Source: Macrostomum lignano
Lineage: Eukaryota
DNA: 64,000 bases
Direction: 5' to 3'
Assembly (NCBI GenBank): GCA_002269645.1
Contig: NIVC01003713.1
Coordinates: 17,130-81,129 of the forward strand
Position 1 is the stretch's first letter; each line of letters starts with the position of its first letter. Below are positions 1 to 33,400 of this stretch, piece by piece. Both the position numbers and the translations under genes were made by a program. The notes beneath the pieces were generated by a model. The model was not told where the DNA came from. It did no database searches and saw only the letters and a program-made list of their open reading frames with translations.

Positions 1-2
1 AG

Positions 3-1565
3 ATCTGTAAGCCTTGCAGAATAGGCCAAGTAAAGACTTTCGCCGAATTGCCAGAAAGCGAGTTTACTGAGCTGATCAATCAAGGTACACCTGTGTTACT
101 GCTTAGCACTCGAGACTCTGATCCCAAATGTACAAAGATTGGTGAGCAGCTAACTAACCAATTCAAATTTGACCACCAGCATGCTGATTCGATGGACAGC
201 TACGAACAAAAAGTCGCAAAATTCTTACTTGACGCGGAGACTCCGAACTCAAGCGAAGTGGCAATTGTCCATGAGATCGAAACAACAGTCAACTGTCAAC
301 AGCCGGTACTCGGTGGTGAGATTGTGACCGAGTCCGACCTCTACAGACCGCTGTATCGCCGGAAGAACGCAAAATCAACTAAACTGTACGTGTTCCACTT
401 GCAGTGCCCGACAGAGTGCGAAGACGAGGTCAGCTTCAACAAGACTGGTCTAAGCGATAAAAAGTCAACGTTGGAAAATAGCGAGTTTCACAGTTTTGTC
501 GTCGGCAAGAGTGGCGCCAACTGGCAAGAAGTGCTGCGAGCATTTCACAGTCTGGACACTGTTGAAGATTTGGCTAACCAAATCTCTAAGCATTGTTGCA
601 GTCTCCGGTCTCGGAAGATGACAGGATTGCCCAAAGCGGAATCACCGTCAACAGTCGCTTGTGAACTTGTTGATCAACCTCCATCAATTCCAACTGTGCC
701 GGAGGCTGCGCAGCAAGACGCATTGAATCTGCTCCAGTCGCTGCACACCAAACCATCCAGCGAGTGCGCCGAACCGAACGTATTCGTTTCAATCGTTATT
801 GGCAAATATGCCAATTCAAAAGCCAATCGAGTCGGCTTTGAAAAAGACAAGGAGTACTTTTTGGAAATTGCGCAACAACTCGGCTGCTCGACTGACAATG
901 TGCACACTCTGTGCCCAGCTAATGACTACGCGACAGCGGATGAAATTAAAGATTTTCTAAGAAACATCGCCCAGGACTATAAGAGTAAGTCAGTATTGCC
1001 TCGCTGCGTATTCTTGGCCGTCTCAGCCCACGGCAACAGAGCTGGTATTCGCGACTCTGACGATAATGAAGTCTCGGTAGAAGAATTGATGAAGGATCTA
1101 GCAAGTCTTGGCGGCTTCGTCCTGCTGCTCTATCAAGCATGTCGTGGATCGCGCTTTCACCCGATTCATCGTCAATCTGACCAGTTCTATACATTGCCGT
1201 TGGTTTTCAGTCTGGGCTTTGAGAATCCGAAAACCCTCGGCTGCAGTTTGCCGGCGCTAATTCCCAGATCCGCCGCCATCTTTGCTAGCATGGCGAACTA
1301 CGCAGCCTATAGGAATGAGGTCAAAGGCGGCTGGCTGCCCAGGGCTCTGCTGGACGTCAGCCGCCGCTCTGAATCTGTCAGTGTCAGACAGTTGGCCCAA
1401 TTGGTGCAAGCAAGGATTTGTGAAATGTCCGACAATGGCGCAATAAGATGCAGACAAGGTGGCTCAGTGTACGAGACCAGCATCCAGATTCAGTTTAGCG
1501 CTAACGAAGGCTGTGAGGACTTTGTCATCGAGACTGGCTTAGCAACAGGAGCTCAGCTATTTTAA
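3..1565 (+). CDS. Caspase-family (peptidase C14) protein, intronless in window, 5'-truncated by window edge
   Basis: The frame of ORF 48..1565 stays open back to base 3 (ICKPCRIGQVKTFAE-LPES). The C-terminal half has catalytic His-Gly (FLAVSAHG), QACRG and a small-subunit-like YAAYRNEVKGGWLPRAL. The N-terminal ~240 aa are unassigned. AATAAA occurs near 1710 and 1911. Confidence 0.85.
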   Translation: MCKPCRIGQVKTFAELPESEFTELINQGTPVLLLSTRDSDPKCTKIGEQLTNQFKFDHQHADSMDSYEQKVAKFLLDAETPNSSEVAIVHEIETTVNCQQPVLGGEIVTESDLYRPLYRRKNAKSTKLYVFHLQCPTECEDEVSFNKTGLSDKKSTLENSEFHSFVVGKSGANWQEVLRAFHSLDTVEDLANQISKHCCSLRSRKMTGLPKAESPSTVACELVDQPPSIPTVPEAAQQDALNLLQSLHTKPSSECAEPNVFVSIVIGKYANSKANRVGFEKDKEYFLEIAQQLGCSTDNVHTLCPANDYATADEIKDFLRNIAQDYKSKSVLPRCVFLAVSAHGNRAGIRDSDDNEVSVEELMKDLASLGGFVLLLYQACRGSRFHPIHRQSDQFYTLPLVFSLGFENPKTLGCSLPALIPRSAAIFASMANYAAYRNEVKGGWLPRALLDVSRRSESVSVRQLAQLVQARICEMSDNGAIRCRQGGSVYETSIQIQFSANEGCEDFVIETGLATGAQLF

Positions 1566-1934
1566 TTTCGGCTTTCTGCTGATGCTATAAACAAAACGAC
1601 TTAATGGTGCTTAATCTGCCATTTTTGTACTGTACTAGCAATTCGCACGTGTTCTTGCGCAAAATCTCGTCACTTTGTATTCTATATATTCTGAACAGCA
1701 TCTTCGTACAATAAACGCAGAGAGCCTAACGTGTACATACACACTCAGTTCTACCCAGTTCTAAAATTAAACCAGAGGGAAACCCGCCGGTTTTTTGGCT
1801 TTCGTCATGCTTTGTTTAATTAGACATAAATAGGTACGTAACTACGTAAACAGGCAAAATAATCTGTGCTAGTCACTCTCAGGATTAACCCTAATCTACT
1901 TTACGCCTTCAATAAACTACAACATACCTGCACT

Positions 1935-4530
1935 ATGGATAAACTATCAATCTACCCTATTCCCAGGATAAACTACCAATCTACCCTACCCAATGGATAA
2001 ACTACCAATATATCCTACCCCAATGGATAAACTACCAATATATCCTACCCAATTGGATAAACTACAAATCTATCCTATTGATAAACTACCAATGGATAAA
2101 CTACCGATCTATCCTACCCCATGGATAAACTACCAATCTATCCCACCCCAATGGATAAACTACTAATCTACCCCACCCCAATGGATAAACCACCAATCTA
2201 TCCCACCCCAATGGATAAACTACCATTCTACCTTACCCAAATGGATAAACTACTAATCTATCCCACCCAAATGGAAAACTACTAATCTACCCCACCCCAA
2301 TGGAAAACTACTAATCTACCCCACCCCAATGGATGAACTACCAATTTATCCCACCCAAATGGATAAACTACCAATCTATCCCACCCCAATGGATAAACTA
2401 CTAATCTATCCCACCCCAATGGATAAACTACCAATCTATCCCACCCCAATGGATAAACTACTAATCTATCCCACCCCAATGGATAAACTACCAATCTATC
2501 CCACCCCAATGGATAAACTACTAATCTACCCCACCCCAATGGATAAACTACCAATCTATCCCACCCCAATGGATAAACTACTAATCTATCCCACCCCAAT
2601 GGATAAACTACCAATCTATCCCACCCCAATGGATAAACTACTAATCTATCCCACCCCAATGGATAAACTACTAATCTACCCCACCCCAATGGATGAACTA
2701 CCAATTTATCCCACCCAAATGGATAAACTACCAATCTATCCCACCCCAATGGATAAACTACTAATCTATCCCACCCCAATGGATAAACTACCAATCTATC
2801 CCACCCCAATGGATAAACTACTAATCTATCCTACCCCAATGGATAAACTACTAATCTACCCCACCCCAATGGAAAACTACTAATCTATCCCACCCCAATG
2901 GATAAACTACTAATCTATCCCACCCCAATGGATAAACTACCAATCTATCCCACCCCAATGGATAAACTACTAATCTATCCTACCCCAATGGATAAACTAC
3001 TAATCTACCCCACCCCAATGGAAAACTACTAATCTATCCCACCCCAATGGATAAACTACTAATCTACCCTACCCAATGGATAAACTACCAATATATCCTA
3101 CCCCAATGGATAAACTACCAATATATCCTACCCAATTGGATAAACTACAAATCTATCCTACCCCATGGATAAACTACTAATCTACCCCACCCCAATGGAT
3201 AAACCACCAATCTACCCCACCCCAATGGATAAACCACTAATCTACCCCACCCCAATGGATAAACTACTAATCTATCCTACCCCAATGGATAAACTACTAA
3301 TCTATCCCACCCCAATGGATAAACTACTAATCTACCCCACCCCAATGGAAAACTACTAATCTATCCCACCCCAATGGATAAACTACTAATCTATCCTACC
3401 CCAATGGATAAACTACCCATCTATCCTACCCCAATGGATAAACTACCCATCTACCCTACCCCAATGGATAAACCACCGATCTATCCTACTCTAATAGATA
3501 AACTACCAATCTATCCCACCCAAATGAATAAACTACTAATCTACCCCACCCCAATGGATAAACTACCAATCTATCCCACCCCAATGGATAAACTACCAAT
3601 CTATCCCACCCCAATGGATAAACTACCAATCTATCCCACCCCAATGGATAAACTACCAATCTATCCTACCCCAATGGATAAACTACCAATCTATCCCACC
3701 CCAATGGATAAACTACTAATCTATCCTACCCCAATGGATAAACTACCAATCTATCCCACCCCAATGGATAAACTACTAATCTACCCCACCCCAATGGATA
3801 AACTACCAATCTATCCCACCCCAATGGATAAACTACCAATCTATCCCACCCCAATGGATAAACTACTAATCTATCCTACCCCAATGGATAAACTACCAAT
3901 CTATCCTACCCCAATGGATAAACTACCAATCTATCCCACCCCAATGGATAAACTACCAATCTATCCCACCCCAATGGATAAACTACTAATCTATCCTACC
4001 CCAATGGATAAACTACCAATCTATCCCACCCCAATGGATAAACTACTAATCTATCCTACCCCAATGGATAAACTACCAATCTATCCCACCCCAATGGATA
4101 AACTACTAATCTATCCTACCCCAATGGATAAACTACCAATCTATCCCACCCCAATGGATAAACTACCAATCTATCCCACCCCAATGGATAAACTACCAAT
4201 CTATCCCACCCCAATGGATAAACTACTAATCTATCCTACCCCAATGGATAAACTACCAATCTATCCTACCCCAATGGATAAACTACCAATCTACCCTACC
4301 CCAATGGATAAACCACCGATCTATCCTACTCTAATAGATAAACTACCAATCTACCTTACCCAAATGAATAAACTACTAATCTACCCCACCCCAATGGATA
4401 AACTACCAATCTACCCTACCCAATGGATAAACTACCAATGTATCCTACCTTATTGAAAAATATCTGTACTAATCTACCCTACCCCATGTATAAACTACTA
4501 ATCTAGTCGCCCTATAAACTACCAACCTAC
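1935..4530. repeat. 30-bp minisatellite (ATGGATAAACTACCAATCTATCCCACCCCA)n in ITPR intron 14
   Basis: Tandem copies visible directly; source of the spurious MDKLPIYPTP ORFs. Confidence 0.97.
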
Positions 4531-4551
4531 CCTCAGTAATAAACGACTCAC

Positions 4552-27700
<23,149 letters not shown>

Positions 27701-27914
27701 TGTGAACTTTAAATTCTAGATCCGCTCAGATCTTGGTTGCTAGCTGGAATTTTTGAAAAGAAGCATTTCTTCACAACTGACTCTTAAATTCCAATTATCA
27801 ACAATATTAATAATTTCAAATGAGTGACAGCAAAGAATTTCAAACAAATATTTTTAAACCGCATTTTTTCTAGTCATGACAAATGACTAGAAGAGGGAAG
27901 AAATAAATTTAAGT

Positions 27915-28122
27915 TTTCTGCAAGCAGAAATGTTTTCAGAGTCTTCTGCAAGCAGAAATGTTTTCAGAGTCTTCCGCAAGCAGAAATGTTTTCAGAGTCT
28001 TCTGCAAGCAGAAATGTTTTCAGAGTCTTCCGCAAGCAGAAATGTTTTCAGTCTTCCGCAAGCAGAAATGTTTTCAGAGTCTTCTGCAAGCAGAAATGTT
28101 TTCAAAGTCTTCTGCAAGCAGA
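27915..28122. repeat. 28-bp tandem repeat (GCAAGCAGAAATGTTTTCAGAGTCTTCT)n upstream of ITPR
   Basis: About 7 copies. Confidence 0.9.
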
Positions 28123-28242
28123 ATTTTTTAACAAATTTACAGGCATCTATTGAAATTGCCTCAATGTAATGTTTATAAATTTTAAAACGCAATTTTCATA
28201 GGCTATAATTCTTCAGAGATTTATCAATTTTTGTTGGGCTAA

Positions 28243-29568
28243 AATCCTGCGCCGCAATCCTGCGCAGTCCTGCGCCGCGAAGCTGTTCAACCGCATGCTG
28301 CTATCGCGGCTACAGCCTGTGCTGGACCCGTACTTGCGGCCTGAGCAGAACGGATTCCGGCCCCATCGCGGCACAGTGACGCAGATCCTGGCTCTTCGGC
28401 GAGTCATCGAGGAGGCGCGCATCCGCCAGTTGACCCTCATCCTGATCTTCGTCGATTTCAGGAAGGCCTTCGACTCGGTCGTGAGGGACGCGCTCCCAGA
28501 GGTGCTCCGTGCGTACAACGTGCCAGAGCTGCTGATTTCTGCTGTCATGGCGCTGTACCACGGCACGACGGCTGCTGTCTCAACACCGGACGGCCTATCG
28601 GATTTCTTCGAGACATCCTCCGGGGTGCTCCAGGGAGATACGCTAGCGCCGTTCCTATTTATTCTGGTGCTTGACTGGGTGCTACGGACTGCTCTGCCTT
28701 CCAACGACGACGGCTTCCTGCTGCGGCGACGCGTGGGTCGACGCCAACCGGAGAGACGGCTCAGCGTGCTTGGCTACGCCGATGACCTCGCCCTGCTGTC
28801 CTCGACCGTCGAGGGCGCCCAACGACAGCTGGATAGGCTGGTTGCCGTTGCGGCGAGCGTCGGCCTGGTGGTCAACACGCAGAAGACCGTCGTGCTATGC
28901 GTGCCGGACGACACCGAGGCTGCAATCTTCTGCCGAGGCGCTGACGGACAGGCGAGTGAGCTTCCAAGATGTCAGCAGTTCGTCTACCTCGGCGGTCTGG
29001 TTCCCGACGTTCGCGAGGATCTGCGGCGTCGCCGAGGACTTGCCTGGGCTGCCTTTCGTTCTATAAGGTCAGTCCTGCAGTCCGAGGCCCTACCGGACCG
29101 CCAGAGGGCGGCGCTGTTCCAGGCGGTGATCGAAACCGTCCTGTTATACAACGCCGAGACCTGGACGCTGACAGACTCGCTCGAGGCTCAAGTCGACGCG
29201 GCGCACGCTGGCCTGCTGCGCGCCGCCTTCAAGATCGGCAACGAGCGAGTCACCAACACGGCGCTCTACCATCGCGCCGGCCTGGCCCGTCCTAGCGATC
29301 TGCTGCGCCGTCGGCGACTCCAGCTGGCAGGCCACGTCATCCGCGCCGAGGCCTACTGTCCGGAGCCGGTGCAGGAGGTGCTGCTACTTACGTTGCAGGC
29401 ACCCTACCGGCGGGGACAAGCGAGGACACGGCGCTACGTCGACTGTCTGCTGGCTGACGCCGGCGCCCCGGACTCTGCCGGCGGTGCGGCCTTTGTTCGC
29501 GCCCAAGCTTCGAAGCGTGCCATCTGACGTTGCTTTTTACGACCCGGCAGCGTACTCTGTTGTTGTTG
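28243..29568 (+). mobile_element. 5'-truncated RTE-like non-LTR retrotransposon with uninterrupted RT ORF (28295-29527) and (TTG)n tail
   Basis: RT motifs EQNGFR, FVDFRKAFDSV, GVLQGDTLAPFLF, LGYADDL; TTGTTGGGCTAA flanks both ends (28231-42 / 29569-80). Confidence 0.93.
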
Positions 29569-30228
29569 TTGTTGGGCTAAGGAGAAATAAAAAACCATAA
29601 ATATATTAAATTGAATCAACCCATTGAACTCGAAGACACTATGCACAGCATAAAACTTAAAATTCAGGCAATGTACAAAGAAATTTTGACAATAAGCCCG
29701 CCATCCCAGACGAACACTATAATATAATGACAGGGGTACGCAAGCATAAGCAGCTGCCTTAGGCATGCAATTTAACCGCATTAATAAAACAAAACATTAT
29801 GCCACTACCCGGTGAAATTAATATAAAACAATAAGCATACGAAAAGTAGCGCAAATTCAAGGAAAGTGAAAAAGAAACAATAGCAATCTGGATACACATC
29901 AGTAAATGTTCTGGCACAATATGCTATTTTGATACTGGGAATGAAATTCAGTAAAGAAGTGACTAGAAAAGCTAACAAATGATACATAAAATACTATATA
30001 AAAATAGAGGAATGCGCGTGAAGCCTACTACTAGTAGACTAGAGACAATTAAAGCTAAAATAATATATTCTGCATATAGTAGTCAAACAGTTAAGACATG
30101 GACCCGTTCACCTCAATTGAGCATAAGATATGAATCTAAAAACGCAAACGCAAAAAAGCAAAAAATATTACAGCCATCATTATACTACTAACGACAGTAG
30201 CAAAACAGTAGTTACAGTAAAAATCAGT

Positions 30229-30411
30229 TTAAACAGGCGCTGGCCGCAATTCAGCCACGGTGAGTTGCATAACAGGCCGAGAGCTGCGAAAGGCTTCAGC
30301 AATGGCCCTGGCAGCTTGCTTATGCTCCAAGCCTTTCATTGGCATGCCGTCAACAGCCAAAATCACTTGGCCAACGCGTAGCTCGGCGCAGTCGTAGGCG
30401 CTGCCACCAGG
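30229..30411 (-). CDS. WHRN: Whirlin-like terminal exon (PDZ3 C-half), not in ORF track
   Basis: tttcag|PGGSAYDCAELRVGQVILAVDGMPMKGLEHKQAARAIAEAFRSSRPVMQLTVAELRPAPV*. Confidence 0.88.
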   Translation of the reverse strand, partial: PGGSAYDCAELRVGQVILAVDGMPMKGLEHKQAARAIAEAFRSSRPVMQLTVAELRPAPV

Positions 30412-33400
30412 CTGAAAATTTTTTATTTATAAAATTTAGATTCTCATAGAAAAATAAACCGAATGTTCAAATTAGCCTACTGATATAGGTAGAAAGTACG
30501 AAATTTTATCACCAAAAACTTCACTAAACGTTAAAAACATGCACCATTTTGCATATTAATTAGCCTACTGATATAAGTAGAAAGTAAGAAATTTTATAAA
30601 CTTTATTTATTATTTATAACTATAAAATTCATAAATTTTACAGTGCACTTCTGCCGTCATGAAATAAATCACCATAAAAACAAAATGTTGTTAATCTTTT
30701 TAGAATATAATACCAAACAAAAAAGTGATTCGACCTATTACCTATTAGACAAAAAAACAAAAAACACCAGACGGATCCGAGGCGCTATTCTCCATTAGCC
30801 AATAATACAGTACAATCATCAATATACTGAAAGTAAACCGCAATCAAACCTCAATAGCCGCCAGCCTTGGGAAATAGCAGCTTGGCGTATCAGCGCCGCC
30901 CTGAATAGACATGCCAAGCCTATTTGGCCGGGTCTTGGCCACGGCTATCACTTTGGTCACTGGGGCTGAGATCACCGCAGTGCGAGCGTCATGCGGGCCC
31001 TGCACTATTAAGGAGCCCTGCTCAGGCAGCTGAGCGAGGCCAAAGCGAAGCATTGCGTTTTTTAATTACTAATGTATAACGATCTATTTTCCAGATTTCA
31101 AATAATTTGATTCGTATTAAAAACAGCAAAAAAACAGTTAAAGGAAGAATACAATATTTCTGGAAAAAAACTATTAATCCGAAAGCCTTATTATATGACA
31201 GTTCTAAGCTATGGAATATCTGATGTTCGAATCAAAAAGATCCTCAGATTCCAGTCCCTACCCTCCCAGCTCCTCAGATTCTAGTCCCTACCCTTCCAGA
31301 TCCTCAGATTCTAGTCCCTACCCTTCCAGATCCATAGATTCTAGTCCCTACCCTCCCAGATCCTCAGATTCCAGTCCCTACCCTCCCAGATCCTCAGATT
31401 CCAGTCCCTACCCTCCCAGCTCCTCAGATTCTAGTCCCTACCCTGCTAGATCCTCAGATTCCAGTCCCTACCCTCCCAGATCCTCAGATTCCAGTCCCTA
31501 CCCTCCCAGCTCCTCAGATTCTAGTCCCTACCCTCCCAGATCCTTAGATTCTAGTCCCTACCCTCCCAGATCCTCAGATTCCAGTCCCTACCCTCCCAGA
31601 TCCTTAGATTCTAGTCCCTACCCTCCCAGATTCTCAGATTCTAGTCCCTACCCTCCCAGATCCTCAGATTCTAGTCCTTACCCTCCCAGATCCTCAGATT
31701 CTAGTCCCTACCCTCCCAGCTCCTCAGATTCTAGTCCCTACCCTCCCAGATCCTTAGATTCTAGTCCCTACCCTCCCAGATCCTTAGATTCTAGTCCCTA
31801 CCCTCCTAGATCCTCAGATTCCAGTCCCTACCCTCCCAGATCCTTAGATTCTAGTCCCTACCCTCCTAGATCCTCAGATTCTAGTCCCTACCCTCCCAGA
31901 TCCTTAGATTCTAGTCCCTACCCTCCCAGATCCTCAGATTCCAGTCCCTACCCTCCCAGATCCTTAGATTCTAGTCCCTACCCTCCCAGATCCTCAGATT
32001 CCAGTCCCTACCCTCCCAGATCCTCAGATTCCAGTCCCTACCCTTCCAGCTCCTCAGATTCTAGCCCCTACCCTCCCAGCTCCTCAGATTCCAGCCCCTA
32101 CCCTCCCAGATCCTCAGATTCCAGTCCCTACCCTCCCAGATCCTCAGACTCTAGTCCCTATCCTTCCAGATCCTCAGATTCTAGTCCCTACCCTTCCAGA
32201 TCCTCAGACTCTAGTCCCTACCCTTCCAGATCCTCAGACTCTAGTCCCTATCCTTCCAGATCCTCAGATTCTAGTCCCTATCCTCCCAGATCCTTAGATT
32301 CTAGTCCCTACCCTCCCGGATCCTCAGATTCTAGTCCCTACCCTCCCAGATCCTCAGATTCTAGTCCCTACCCTTCCAGATCCCCAGACTCTAGTCCCTA
32401 CCCTTCCAGATCCTCAGATTCTAGTCCTTACCCTAATCTGAATCTGGATCTGGGAGGCTGGCCCAGCAACTGAGGATCTGGGAGGCTTGCACAGCAACTG
32501 AGGATCTGGGAGGCTGGCCCAGCAACTGAGGATCTGGGAGGCTGCATCAGCAACTGAGGATTTGGGAGGCTGGCCCAGCAACTGAGGATCTTGGAGGCTG
32601 GCACAGCAACTGAGGATCTGGGAGGCTGGCACAGCAACTGAGGATCTGGGAGGCTGGCACAGCAACTGAGGATTTGGGAGGCTGGCCCAGCAACTGATGA
32701 TCTGGGAGGCTGGCACAGCAACTGAGGATCTGGGAGGCTGGCACAGCAACTGAGGATTTGGGAGGCTGGCACAGCAACTGAGGATTTGGGAGGCTGGCAC
32801 AGCAACTGAGGATTTGGGAGGCTGGCCTAGCAACTGAAAATATGGAAGCCTGGCCTTGACTAGTAAGGACTAGAATCTGAGGATCCGGGAGGGTAGGGAC
32901 TGGAATCTGAGGATCCGGGAGGGTAAAGGGTAAAGACTATAATCTGGGGATCCATGAGTTCGGTGACTCAAATTTCAGCTGTCAATTGCTTAAACAACTC
33001 TAAACTCACCTGCACATTGATAATTCTCGGCAGAGTCTGTCTCGTGTTCGCCCCGCCCTCGATAGCCAAGCCCAGAGTCGGCTGAGTTTTTCGCACGCCA
33101 GCACTGACCGGCTCCGTGATTGTCGAAGCGTCGATACCGAAATGTCGGGCATCGTTGCCGAAACCGGTGTCCGTGCCAGAATCGTGCTGAAATGTTGACA
33201 GCAACAATTTGCGTTTGGCCATCTTCATCTGCGCAGGCTTTTTGAGTGCTAATATAAAACTAATGGGACACGCCCTGTTTTATCGCGATAAAAATCCTTA
33301 CCTCCATCTACACAGGGGTGGACTGTGACTTAGTCTCCCTACCTCGCCCCCGCCTCCCATTTGTTCCCCTTCATCCCCGCTGCTACCCTTCTCCCTTCTC

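Noticed and set aside
2282-4456. Long ORFs of (MDKLPIYPTP)n
   Set aside because: Translation of a 30-bp intronic minisatellite; open on both strands and broken at random by 1-bp indels.
28213-28704. Antisense 163-aa ORF and similar shadow ORFs over the RTE, transposase and ITPR exons
   Set aside because: Opposite-strand or alternative-frame shadows of GC-rich coding sequence, with no independent motifs.
31211-32473. 420-aa (SSDSSPYPPR)n ORF resembling an RNA polymerase II CTD or extensin
   Set aside because: A 30-bp satellite that also occurs inverted at 13736-14097; intronic and antisense to the whirlin-like gene.
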